From positions 1 through 61,315 of the IMG/VR virus record IMGVR_UViG_3300020020_000031: a stretch of 61,315 nt of DNA. One strand, given 5' to 3'. This DNA is from a virus (Duplodnaviria > Caudoviricetes). Below, piece by piece: positions 26,089 to 35,600 of this stretch; the first letter of the stretch is position 1, and each line of letters begins with the position of its first letter. The translations under genes were made by a program, and so were the position numbers. Under the pieces are notes generated by a model that worked only from the letters and a program-made list of their open reading frames with translations, did not search any database and was not told the origin of the DNA.

Positions 26089-26627
26089 TGATTGATCCGT
26101 TAGTGGCGGCGCTTAAGCAGCGCCGCGAGGAATTGGGTTGGGACCCCATTAAGCTAACTCGTGAGTTCAATTGGTCGTCTGCGGCTCTCATCCGCTTTGA
26201 GGCGGGCGGAGACCCAAGGCTGAGTACGGTGAGAAAGGTGGCTGAAGCACTAGGGTGTGACCTGAATCTGGTCCCGAAGAATGGCAACCCGATTCTGTCG
26301 CCGAGCTACTTGGACCTGATCGATCGGCTGGAGAAGCACTTCACCGAGCAGGGAGGCGTAACGCTGCCGCTCCAGCTAATCAAGATTCAGGAGGAGTTGG
26401 GTGAAGCTGCAGAGGCTTACGTCGGCATGACCGGATCTAACCCGCGTAAGGGCGTCACCCATACGGCTGCTGACGTTGCTATGGAGTTGGCCGATGTGGC
26501 GCTCACGGCGATATTGGCGATTAGATACGCGGGGCACGAAGTAGAGGCCGTGCTTATTGCGCAGGCGGTTAAGACCGAGCAGCGGCTTGACGAGTACGAC
26601 CAGATCCCGCTGAGAGGGATATCATGA
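26088..26627 (+). CDS. XRE-family HTH fused to a MazG-like domain
   Basis: LKQRREELG...RFEAG.DPRLST..KVAEALG, then KIQEELGEAAEA...NPRKG...ELADV. Confidence 0.85.
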   Translation: MIDPLVAALKQRREELGWDPIKLTREFNWSSAALIRFEAGGDPRLSTVRKVAEALGCDLNLVPKNGNPILSPSYLDLIDRLEKHFTEQGGVTLPLQLIKIQEELGEAAEAYVGMTGSNPRKGVTHTAADVAMELADVALTAILAIRYAGHEVEAVLIAQAVKTEQRLDEYDQIPLRGIS

Positions 26628-26959
26628 GCTTAGTTGAACATGCCATTCGTGAGCTGGAGCTCAGCGGCCAGACCGCTGAAGATCCAGCTTACTCCGCTGC
26701 TCTTGTCGCCTCAATTGCGGCCTTTGCCTCGTATGGGCACAGCGGCGGATCGGCCGGAGTTGCTATCCGGCAACTGATGCTGCTTTTGCAGCATCGCGCG
26801 CTTTCGCCGCTGACCTCGGACCCCGAAGAATGGATCGATCAAAGCGGTCCGTCGGGATACCCGCTGTGGCAGAACAAGCGCGACTCGGCGGCGATGAGTA
26901 AGGACGGAGGCAAGACCTGGTATTACGTGGATGAACGTCGTCCGGTTTCATCGTGCTGA
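26624..26959 (+). CDS. Conserved phage hypothetical protein
   Basis: HA.RELEL, GHSGGSA, LSPLT..PEEW, QNKR.S..SKDGGKTW. Confidence 0.75.
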   Translation: MSLVEHAIRELELSGQTAEDPAYSAALVASIAAFASYGHSGGSAGVAIRQLMLLLQHRALSPLTSDPEEWIDQSGPSGYPLWQNKRDSAAMSKDGGKTWYYVDERRPVSSC

Positions 26960-26978
26960 TCTGAATGGAGTACAAGTA

Positions 26979-28166
26979 ATGCAGAAATCAAAGTGGGCGC
27001 CAGCCGGAGTTGCGGCTGTTGTCGCTGCTCTATTCGTTACAATCGTGCTGTCTACCTCTGTGGGAGCGCCAGCTGCTCCCGCGCTAGCCGCCGCGCCAGC
27101 AGAGCTCATGATTGCGCCGGGAGCGGACCCAGTCGCGTTCGGCCAGATGTGTGTGGACCGTAAGGCCAAGGGAACGGCCGGGCTCTCCAGCCGGGCCAAG
27201 AACTGGCTGACGGACTGTATCGCGATCTTCGGCGTCGGCCTCACCCCCAATCCATCCGGAAGCCCGTCGGCTAGCCCTTCGACGAGCCCGAGCTCCTCAC
27301 CGTCGGCTAGCCCAAGCGCTTCGGCGTCGCCGACTCCTCCCCCACCGCCTCCGCCAGCTTCCTGCGGGGAGTTCCCGTCAATGCCAGATGCCTCCTGTAC
27401 GGGAGTCCCGGCCGGAGTGGTCTTGCAAGCTTGCAATAGCGAGATCACTCAGCCCGGTACGTACGACTCGTGCCTATGGACGGACAGCGTTCAGGTCATG
27501 GCTTGCAACGTCACCATTACTCGATCCAAGGTACTGGGGCGCGTCGGAGACGGCGGGATGACCTTCCAGACTTGTGGGAGGCATGATCGTCAGCGCGCGC
27601 TTTCGCTGACTGATGTTGAGATCGACGGGTCGTCGCTCACCGATCCCACCGACATCCAAGAGGCCGCAATTGGCAAGGACGGATACACCTGTCTGCGGTG
27701 TAACGTCCACCACACTCTGCGCGGTGCGGACATGGGTGAATCGGTGACCCTCCGCGATTCCTACTTCCATGACTTCAAGGGCGTGGACGAGGCGCACATG
27801 TCGGCCGCTGGATCCAATGGCGGTGGCGATAATGTGATAGTGCACAATACGTTCGATTGCAATTCCGTGACTGGCCAGGGCGCGTGCTCCGGAGCGTTCG
27901 TCATGTACGGCGATTTCGCCCCAATCGACAACTGGCTGATCCAGAACAACTGGTTCGCCAGTCCCGGCTCGTACTGCGTCTATGCCGGTTCGCTGGACCT
28001 CAAGCCATTCCCGAATGCTACCAATGTGGTATTCTTGGCGAACTTGTGGTCCAAGAAGTACACGCCGCAGTGCGGCGAATTCGGTCCGGTGACCGGGTGG
28101 GAGCCCAATTCGGGCAATAGCTGGAACGAGAACCGTTACACTACGGGTGAACTGATCCTGGTGTAG
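26979..28166 (+). CDS. Secreted protein with a Pro/Ser linker and a parallel beta-helix-like domain
   Basis: Signal peptide, SPSASPS/PPPP linker, P.AS.TGVPAG, many Cys and Asn-ladder repeats. Confidence 0.75.
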   Translation: MQKSKWAPAGVAAVVAALFVTIVLSTSVGAPAAPALAAAPAELMIAPGADPVAFGQMCVDRKAKGTAGLSSRAKNWLTDCIAIFGVGLTPNPSGSPSASPSTSPSSSPSASPSASASPTPPPPPPPASCGEFPSMPDASCTGVPAGVVLQACNSEITQPGTYDSCLWTDSVQVMACNVTITRSKVLGRVGDGGMTFQTCGRHDRQRALSLTDVEIDGSSLTDPTDIQEAAIGKDGYTCLRCNVHHTLRGADMGESVTLRDSYFHDFKGVDEAHMSAAGSNGGGDNVIVHNTFDCNSVTGQGACSGAFVMYGDFAPIDNWLIQNNWFASPGSYCVYAGSLDLKPFPNATNVVFLANLWSKKYTPQCGEFGPVTGWEPNSGNSWNENRYTTGELILV

Positions 28167-28176
28167 CACCAAGATC

Positions 28177-28224
28177 GTCGGGGTGGGCCGAAACCTCCCA
28201 AGGTCCGGCTCGGCCCACCCCGAC
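28177..28224. terminator. Hairpin terminator
   Basis: GTCGGGGTGGGCCGA / TCGGCCCACCCCGAC perfect 15-bp inverted repeat. Confidence 0.7.
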
Positions 28225-28241
28225 TTGTCAAGGAGGAAATA

Positions 28242-28631
28242 ATGACATGGAAGTTTTGGCGGCGCTCGGTAAGTTCCTGGCGGACCGCAAAACCCGGCGA
28301 GACACCAGGCCAAATGGATATTGAGGTCCAGTTCCCGCATTGCGATCAAGCCGTCCTACATGCGCCAGCGGAGTGCAAGTATTGCGATATGCATTCCGAT
28401 TGGCAGCAATTGCGGATCTATTGGGGGATTGCCTTTACCGGCCATCTCGCTGAGAAGAGACAATTGCCGTGCCCGTCGGACTTCAATCGCGGCCTTGCCG
28501 GAGCCCATATCTGGGCCGGGAACATCCCTAGACCGGACGATGATGCCATTTACTCATCCTTGGGCGACGATACAAGGTATTGGGCCGACCCGATCCGTGA
28601 TCGTATAGGCGGAAGTAGCCAACCATCATGA
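28242..28631 (+). CDS. Hypothetical zinc-binding protein
   Basis: AGGAGG RBS; HCD..VLH...C.YCD motif. Confidence 0.65.
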   Translation: MTWKFWRRSVSSWRTAKPGETPGQMDIEVQFPHCDQAVLHAPAECKYCDMHSDWQQLRIYWGIAFTGHLAEKRQLPCPSDFNRGLAGAHIWAGNIPRPDDDAIYSSLGDDTRYWADPIRDRIGGSSQPS

Positions 28632-29200
28632 CGGATGAAGACGCGCCATTGCCGCTCCCGCGCTCTTGGGAGGTAGCCGGAACCATTGATCGGCCTCCGC
28701 TCCTCCCGCCTGATTCGCCATTGTGGGACCAAATGAAGCCGATTCCGCCCGGTACGCCTCCGCCAACGTTCCCGAAGCTGCCAAAGTCCCACAACCAGTA
28801 TTGCCGGGACGACTGGGACATGTACCACGGGGACGGGCCACGCGGAATGGGCCCAAAGGGCGATGGGTGCGTTTGCGCGCTAGACCCAAGCAGGCCACGC
28901 CTCTGGGACTCTGAGCCGGAGGGAGTGACTCATATCGCAGGCGCCAACATAGTCTTGTTTGGACGCTACCTCCGTCAGAGATGCGATTGGTGCGGGATCG
29001 TCCTTCTAGAGTACGACCTTGAGCGGATCGCGGTCCCCGTTGGGCAAGACCCTATGCCCGGCCACTGGGACCCGGGTACGTTGGTGCGGGTAGATGGAAA
29101 CATATCTGCAGCCATTGATAACCCGCAGATAACAGACGAAGGCATACAACTACCTCCGGACTCATGCGCCTTCAACCCATTGACTCAAGTGGGGATGTAA
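28628..29200 (+). CDS. Hypothetical protein
   Basis: ATGA coupling; H...CDWC...C motif. Confidence 0.6.
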   Translation: MTDEDAPLPLPRSWEVAGTIDRPPLLPPDSPLWDQMKPIPPGTPPPTFPKLPKSHNQYCRDDWDMYHGDGPRGMGPKGDGCVCALDPSRPRLWDSEPEGVTHIAGANIVLFGRYLRQRCDWCGIVLLEYDLERIAVPVGQDPMPGHWDPGTLVRVDGNISAAIDNPQITDEGIQLPPDSCAFNPLTQVGM

Positions 29201-29533
29201 TGGCGCATGTTGAGTTCCATAAACCATATTGGTATCGGTACCTGGTAGGGAATCCGGGACTTCGTACGGGACCCAACCGCTATCCGGGTGCATGGATAGG
29301 TTGGTACGTAGTCATAGGCCGGTATGCTTATTGCGTCAAGTGGGGGTGGGCTAGATAATGGACGCAATACTTACGTTCCGAGACGAGGATGGACGTGAGT
29401 GGTTGGCCGGAGCGCAGATCGGTCCGTTGCTGCGATTCGAGAATCCGGGTGAGCCCGCGGTTGAGACTATGGAGCCTGACCTCATGAAGGACCGCGCATT
29501 CTCGTTGATCTGTGTCACCGCTATCGACACGAC

Positions 29534-29857
29534 ATGACGAATAGCGAATGGGCGACGCGAGAGCTAGGCGGACACGGCAACGGCTGGGGGCTTTATCGCC
29601 GGGTAGACGATCAGGTTTATGACGTCAAATGCCAGCTTATCGTTACCGGAGCGCCACCTAAGGCGTGCCGCCAACGCGGCCTCAAGTACGGCCAGCTGCT
29701 CCGAGTGCGGTGTTGGTGCATGGCTCAATTGCCCGGACAGTTGCAGCGACCGGAGCGCAGGCACACGCTGCGATTCGACTTTATAGCAGATGTCCCGACG
29801 TACCCGGAAGCTGTTGCTTTGTGGAATGAGCATAAGCTACGGAGGAGCGATGGCTAA
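29534..29857 (+). CDS. Hypothetical protein
   Basis: Overlaps the terminase large subunit start. Confidence 0.5.
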   Translation: MTNSEWATRELGGHGNGWGLYRRVDDQVYDVKCQLIVTGAPPKACRQRGLKYGQLLRVRCWCMAQLPGQLQRPERRHTLRFDFIADVPTYPEAVALWNEHKLRRSDG

Positions 29858-31361
29858 GCTACTCACGCCGCCTCCGCCCAATGAGATCTGGCCGCACATA
29901 TGGGACGAAGTGGAATGGGTGCCGTACGGACTCCAAAGGGAAGTGTTGCTTGATCGGACTCGTAACAAGGTAGTGGCGGCGGGTCGCCGGGCGGGCAAGA
30001 GCCAAATGGGTGCGCACCGGCTAGTCCCGGAGGCGTTTGGAGCTTGGACCGAGTTGGACTTCTTGGAGCGCAAGGGATTGCGGCGAGAGTACTGGATTGT
30101 CGGGCCGGAGTACTCGGATGCCGAAAAGGAGTTCCGCGTCATCTACTTGGCGCTGGAGCGCTTGGGGTTTATCTTTGACCATCCAGGGACATACAACATC
30201 CCCGAGTCCGGCAATATGCAAATCAGTCTCTTTGACCGGCGCTTAATCATATCCGCCAAGAGCGCCAAGTATCCGGCGACCCTGGTTGGTGAAGGGCTTT
30301 CGGGAGTGGTGTTCTCGGAGGCGGCCAAGCTCAAGCCGTCCACTTGGATCAAGTACGTTCGCCCCACATTGGCTGACTTTGGTGGCTGGGCGCAGTTTGG
30401 GTCTACCCCGGAAGGCAAAAACTGGTTCTATGACCTTTGGATGATTGGGCAGGACCCGGAGCGTATGGATTGGAAGTCTTGGCGCGCTCCGGCTTGGGTT
30501 AATCCGTATGTGTATCCGGGCGGAGTCAACGAGGAGCTATTGAAGTGGCTCTCCGAACAGCACCGACACGGGCGCTTGGATAAGGCAAAGGTTGCGTTGG
30601 CGGAGCTAGGGCGTATGATCCGGGGCGATGATGGAGTGATTGCGCCCGCAGGGATCCACCCAGAGATCTGGGCTATGTGGTTGGACATGAGCGTAGAGAT
30701 GTTCAACCAAGAGATTGCGGCTTTGTTCACGGAGTATGTCGGGCGTGTGCTGAAGGACTTTGACGAAGAGATACACGTCAATAGTGAGGAGTACCGGGCC
30801 GGCTGGGAGACTTGGGCTTGCGCGGACTACGGATTCACCAACCCATTTGTTTGGTTGATTGTCCAGACAGACCCGCGCCACGAACGGTTCCACGTACTAG
30901 ATGAGGTCTATGAGGTTGGGCGGACTACGGAGGAGATGGCGGAGATCATAAAGGAGCGCGGGATGAACCCTGTGACGCTCCGTGGTTTCTACCCGGACCC
31001 AGCTGAGCCGGACCGGACCCGTAGACTAGAACAATTGCTCAAGGTGCGAAGTATGGATCCGGGCAGTCTAGTGATCAACGATCGCTTGGAATGGTTCCGA
31101 CGCAAGCTGAAGGTTGGCATCCTGGGCGGAGCCGGACCGCAACTGACTGTGAATCGTCAATGCATTAACACGATCCGAGAGTTCAACGACTACCGTTACC
31201 CAATGACGGCTGAGAAGGCAAGCGAGCGCGGGCGTTCCGCCCCGGAGCATCCATTGAAGAAAGATGACCATACCCCGGAAGCGTTGGGACGTCTGTTTGG
31301 AGGGATGCTTGGTAGTCCGTACGTGTCCACCCGCCAGAACAAGGCCAAGGCTACCAGATAG
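29850..31361 (+). CDS. terL: Terminase large subunit
   Basis: AAGRRAGKS Walker A, VFSEAA, GSTPEGKNWFY, ADYGFTNP, KKDDH. Confidence 0.95.
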   Translation: MAKLLTPPPPNEIWPHIWDEVEWVPYGLQREVLLDRTRNKVVAAGRRAGKSQMGAHRLVPEAFGAWTELDFLERKGLRREYWIVGPEYSDAEKEFRVIYLALERLGFIFDHPGTYNIPESGNMQISLFDRRLIISAKSAKYPATLVGEGLSGVVFSEAAKLKPSTWIKYVRPTLADFGGWAQFGSTPEGKNWFYDLWMIGQDPERMDWKSWRAPAWVNPYVYPGGVNEELLKWLSEQHRHGRLDKAKVALAELGRMIRGDDGVIAPAGIHPEIWAMWLDMSVEMFNQEIAALFTEYVGRVLKDFDEEIHVNSEEYRAGWETWACADYGFTNPFVWLIVQTDPRHERFHVLDEVYEVGRTTEEMAEIIKERGMNPVTLRGFYPDPAEPDRTRRLEQLLKVRSMDPGSLVINDRLEWFRRKLKVGILGGAGPQLTVNRQCINTIREFNDYRYPMTAEKASERGRSAPEHPLKKDDHTPEALGRLFGGMLGSPYVSTRQNKAKATR

Positions 31362-31388
31362 GATTGACCAACCGGAGGAGGAGCACCC

Positions 31389-32975
31389 GTGGTATCCCCA
31401 TACGCAACGGCGGTGGCGCTGGGTCGCCCTGTCCCCACCTACGTCAACGGCAAGCAGTCGGACGACATCCAGCGCATTCAGTCCTATTGGACGTACGACG
31501 ATATCGTCAACAACGTGAACGAAGCGTTTGATGCTCTACTCAGGACGGAGACGGATAACAAGGGGAAGCGCTTCATTCCATTTGCGCGCGCGGTCCTGGA
31601 GGGGACCAACCGTTATCTGGGGAAAGATCTCACGGTGAGCTACGAGGTACCTCCGGAGAGTCCGGCGACCCCGGAGGTCCAAGCGGAGTTGGCTACTTGG
31701 GCGAAGGCACTCTTCGACCGCGAGCAGTTCGTAGTGAAGTTTGCAGAAGCAAAGCGAACTATGCTCAGGCGCGGTGACGCATTCTTGCAATTGAGCGCGG
31801 ACACTAGCAAGCCGGAGGGGCAGCGGCTCCGGATTACTCTGCTTGACGGCGCCCAGTACTTTTCCATTCCAATGGGGACGGACTCGGAGCGGATCGCCGG
31901 CTGCTACATCATTACCCTCTTGTCCTCCCCGGACGGCCAGACTACGGTGGCGCAGCGCGAGCGTTACCAAAGAATCCTGACGGAGGCGGACCAGGCAGAG
32001 GTTCCGGGCTCAACCATCGGTGGGATCTACTACCGAATGGAGTTCTTTGAGTCTAACGGTTGGGATGATAGGTTCCCGTTGACCGCTGCGGATCTCAAGC
32101 CGGCCGACGCGCCTGATTGGGTGGTGTGGGACGAGCGCTACACTAGCCAGGCATTCGTGGGATTCATGCTACCGGCCGAGATCCAAGCCATTCCGGTCTA
32201 CCACTTCAAGAACACCAACAGCGGCCCATTTGGATTTTCCATGTTGCAGGGTCTGGAGACCGTGTTCGCCGGCATCACTCAGGGGATGACTGACGAGGAC
32301 ATGTCGATTGCCCTATCCGGCATTGGTGTCTATTGGACGGACTCCGGAAGCCCACGCGCGGCCGACGGGAGCGAGACGGAATGGGTGATTGCTCCGGCTA
32401 GCGTCCTGGAGCTACGCCAAGGTGGCAAGTTCGGCCGCGTTGAAGGCGTAAGTTCCGTTGACCCGATGCAAGACCATGTGAATGCGCTCAAGGATGCTGC
32501 GCTGGAGAGTAGCGGAACTCCAGACATCGCAGTGGGCAAGGTAGATGTCAAGGTGGCGGAGAGCGGCGTGGCCTTGGCGATCAAGATGGCGCCGGTTATT
32601 GCCGGCAACCGGGAGCGCGAGGACGGAATGGCTGCAGTCCTCACGCAATTCCTGTGGGATCTCTTGAATGGTTGGGCTCCCGCGTTCGAGGGGCGCCAAG
32701 CCATTGAGGGAGTGTTCACAGTCAATGTAACCTTCGGCGACCCCATGCCGGTAGATCGCGCGGCCGTGATCGCGGAGATGGTGGCGCTGATTACCGCCAA
32801 GATTGTCGATGCGCAGTACGCGCAGGAGTACCTGGCGGATAAGCTTGGGTTCACGTTCCCCAAGGATCTGTTGACGCGTATGGCCGCAGCAGAAGCGGCC
32901 GTGTTGGACGCCGAGGCTTCAAGGCTAGGGCTCGAGGCCGGAGGTGCTAGTGTGGAGGAGGTCCCGACCCCATGA
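31389..32975 (+). CDS. Portal protein
   Basis: 528 aa directly after TerL; RGDAF, ESGVALAIKMAP. Confidence 0.88.
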   Translation: MVSPYATAVALGRPVPTYVNGKQSDDIQRIQSYWTYDDIVNNVNEAFDALLRTETDNKGKRFIPFARAVLEGTNRYLGKDLTVSYEVPPESPATPEVQAELATWAKALFDREQFVVKFAEAKRTMLRRGDAFLQLSADTSKPEGQRLRITLLDGAQYFSIPMGTDSERIAGCYIITLLSSPDGQTTVAQRERYQRILTEADQAEVPGSTIGGIYYRMEFFESNGWDDRFPLTAADLKPADAPDWVVWDERYTSQAFVGFMLPAEIQAIPVYHFKNTNSGPFGFSMLQGLETVFAGITQGMTDEDMSIALSGIGVYWTDSGSPRAADGSETEWVIAPASVLELRQGGKFGRVEGVSSVDPMQDHVNALKDAALESSGTPDIAVGKVDVKVAESGVALAIKMAPVIAGNREREDGMAAVLTQFLWDLLNGWAPAFEGRQAIEGVFTVNVTFGDPMPVDRAAVIAEMVALITAKIVDAQYAQEYLADKLGFTFPKDLLTRMAAAEAAVLDAEASRLGLEAGGASVEEVPTP

Positions 32976-33171
32976 AGACTCTTGTAACGGATGACTTCGA
33001 TGAGCGCCCACGCATTCCCGTTGACATTACATACGCCGACGGGACGACTTCGACCCTCAATGCTACTTCCATCAACATCATTACGACGGGTGGGTATGTC
33101 GCCGGCGATCCGCCACCTCCCGAGCTTTACCGCACCCAGGCCTTTGTTGACAAGCGGAAAGAGATTGAGTC

Positions 33172-33483
33172 GTGAGTGTTGTTGGTAATGGTTGGGAGGC
33201 TATGCCGACCGACTCCGAAGCCATTGATCTCGGTAACGGGACCAAGTACACCCGCGTAGTCTGGGGCGACAATGACGAGTGGGTAGGTATCAACGAATGG
33301 CACCTGACTCCGGCCGGAGAGCTATGCGGCGGATGGATTCCGTTTGCCGGGACGAGCTACCCGGCCGGACAACCTACTTGGGATGTCATTAGCCGTGCTC
33401 CGCTCACGCTCAGCCCTAGCCTCTTGTGTCGGTCCTGTCAGCACCACGGATTCATTCGCGAGGGGAGGTGGGTGCCCGCGTGA
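33172..33483 (+). CDS. Small zinc-binding protein (DUF6527-like)
   Basis: W.....PLTLSPSLLC..C..HGFIREGRW. Confidence 0.65.
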   Translation: MSVVGNGWEAMPTDSEAIDLGNGTKYTRVVWGDNDEWVGINEWHLTPAGELCGGWIPFAGTSYPAGQPTWDVISRAPLTLSPSLLCRSCQHHGFIREGRWVPA

Positions 33484-34442
33484 CAAGCCCGTTCCGGCCA
33501 CCAGCCCCCGGAGAATGGATCCGCGCGTACGCCCAGGTCCAAATTTCAGCGGATCAACAGATTATCTCTATGCTGTCGGATGCGGTTAGCTCTTTGCAAA
33601 GGGAGATGACTCGCATTATCTCCAAGCAGACCATGACTATGAGCGAAAAGCTCAGATACCAACAGATGGCCATGGTCCGGAAGGCATTGCTGGAGGAACA
33701 ATCTAAGTTGCTCCGGAAGCTTGGGCGGGTAGTAGAGTCTCGCCGGCTGGAAGCGGCGGCGCGCGCCATCCAATTAGGGACCCAAATGGATGCGTATGTC
33801 CTGGACCGTCTGGGGCGGAGCGCGCTGGCGCGGGAGATCTCAACCAATCTGCAGTTCGGACTAGGGCGAACAACCGAAGTTGCATTGGCTCGTATGGATC
33901 TTAGTTATACCGAGCTCTCGCAGAGGATCTACAACACAGACGTTTGGTTGGGGAGCAGGATTGATAAGCGGATTAGCTCGCTCCTGGCGCAGGGCAAGAC
34001 CGCCAAGGAGTTCGCGGCGGAGGCGGTAGATTGGTTCAATCCTAACACTCCGGGCGGAGTCCGCTACGCCGCCATGAGGCTAGCGCGGAGCGAGATCAAT
34101 AATGCGTTCCATGCGGTAGCGGTTCAGCAAGTGCAAGACAAGCCTTGGATTCCATCTATGCAATGGCATTTGTCTTCCTCGCACCCCAAAGCTGACATTT
34201 GCGATGATTACGCGCACGAGGATAAGTTCGACAAGGGTGCAGGGATCTTCCCCAAGGCTGAGGTCCCACGGAAACCACACCCGCATTGCTATTGCTATGT
34301 GGTGCCGGTACAGATTGACGAGGATGAGTTCCTGGACCGGCTCGTCAATGGGGACTACGATAAATGGATTGGTGAACAGCGTGCGATAGCAATGCAAAAG
34401 CAGCCTGTAGTGCCAACGCCCAAGCGTGTAAGTAGACTCTGA
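33480..34442 (+). CDS. MuF-like head morphogenesis / minor capsid protein
   Basis: RLARSEINNA, W.LS.SH...DICD, PHPHCYC. Confidence 0.85.
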   Translation: MTSPFRPPAPGEWIRAYAQVQISADQQIISMLSDAVSSLQREMTRIISKQTMTMSEKLRYQQMAMVRKALLEEQSKLLRKLGRVVESRRLEAAARAIQLGTQMDAYVLDRLGRSALAREISTNLQFGLGRTTEVALARMDLSYTELSQRIYNTDVWLGSRIDKRISSLLAQGKTAKEFAAEAVDWFNPNTPGGVRYAAMRLARSEINNAFHAVAVQQVQDKPWIPSMQWHLSSSHPKADICDDYAHEDKFDKGAGIFPKAEVPRKPHPHCYCYVVPVQIDEDEFLDRLVNGDYDKWIGEQRAIAMQKQPVVPTPKRVSRL

Positions 34443-34472
34443 CCAACGTCGGGTATAGTATCAGGAGGAACC

Positions 34473-35135
34473 ATGACTGACCCACTGGGCGGACAGAGCG
34501 CCGCTACCGGGACCGGACAGAGCGCCGGGACCGGTGACCAAGGGACGGGAACTACCGCGAATGCAGGGGGACAGAGCGCCCCCGGAACGACCGCTACGAC
34601 CCAACCGGAAGCCGGACAGAGCGCCGTCAGCCGGGAGGAATTCGAGCGAGTCGTGGCCCAGCTGGCGGCAGCGGATAAGAAGCGGGTCGAGGCCGAACAA
34701 GCCCATGCGCAATTGCGGGATAAGGATATGCCCGCGATCCAGAAGCTTGAGCGTGACCTCGCGGAGGCTACGAAGGCTCAGGAAGTCATGCTGACTGCGA
34801 ACACTCAACTTCGCGTTGAAAACGCATTCCTAACGGCCAATGAGCATGAGTGGCATTCTCCGACAGCGGCGCTCCAATTGCTGGACCGCTCGAAGATCAC
34901 GGTTGACGCGGAGGGTGTGGTTGCGGGAATGAAGGAGGCGCTGAAAGCTCTTGCCACGGCGCATCCCTATTTGCTCAAGCCGAAGCCAGCCGAGGCGGGC
35001 GGAACGGGACAGCAGCAAAATGCCCCTCCGCCCGGTACCGCGCCTGCCAATGGCGGAATTGCCCCGCAACAGGGGACCAAGCCAAGCACGGCTGAACTAG
35101 CGAAGCGCTTTCCGGCGCTCCGCCAGCGCCTGTAG
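34473..35135 (+). CDS. Capsid scaffolding protein
   Basis: Low-complexity N-terminus, coiled coil, HPYLLK; upstream of the capsid genes. Confidence 0.8.
   Translation: MTDPLGGQSAATGTGQSAGTGDQGTGTTANAGGQSAPGTTATTQPEAGQSAVSREEFERVVAQLAAADKKRVEAEQAHAQLRDKDMPAIQKLERDLAEATKAQEVMLTANTQLRVENAFLTANEHEWHSPTAALQLLDRSKITVDAEGVVAGMKEALKALATAHPYLLKPKPAEAGGTGQQQNAPPPGTAPANGGIAPQQGTKPSTAELAKRFPALRQRL
34491..34625 (+). repeat. Four identical GGACAGAGCGCC 12-mers in the scaffold gene 5' end
   Basis: Copies at 34491, 34515, 34569 and 34614; all encode GQSA. Confidence 0.85.
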
Positions 35136-35192
35136 GAAACTCAGATGGGGCAATGGAAGCCCCCGATTAACAGGAGGGAGTGAAAGACTCCA

Positions 35193-35582
35193 ATGTCTCG
35201 ATTTGACAAGTACGACCCGGTATCGGGTGGCTTCCGGGCGCCACTTGCCGCGCTCATCGCTGTGGCGGACAAGGACAAGGTCTTCGCTGTGGCGCTCAAC
35301 ACGTCCGGCCAAGTCGTCCGTACCGGCATCACCACCGCCATCATGGGTGTTATTTGCCCAACCAAGGCGATGGCCGCCGGGGACATGATTGACGTCATGA
35401 CGTCGGGGGAGATCGTGGAGGCGACCATGACCGTCGGCACCGCATTTACTGCGGGCGTCCCGGTTTATGGGCACGCTGACGGGACCGTGAATGGAACAGT
35501 CACGGCGTCCAGGGTTGTTGGCAACATGGTGGAGCTCGACCGCATGATCGTGCGGGTCGGCACTCCGGGTATTGCCGCGTAA
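35193..35582 (+). CDS. Capsid decoration / cement protein
   Basis: SRFDKYDP..GGFRA motif; lies between scaffold and major capsid genes. Confidence 0.7.
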   Translation: MSRFDKYDPVSGGFRAPLAALIAVADKDKVFAVALNTSGQVVRTGITTAIMGVICPTKAMAAGDMIDVMTSGEIVEATMTVGTAFTAGVPVYGHADGTVNGTVTASRVVGNMVELDRMIVRVGTPGIAA

Positions 35583-35600
35583 CGGGAGGAGGCGAGTCTA

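Noticed and set aside
32697-32714. Self-target of guide unit 6 in the portal gene
   Set aside because: Only 12/18 nt match (11 contiguous), which is about what chance gives across six guides and both strands.
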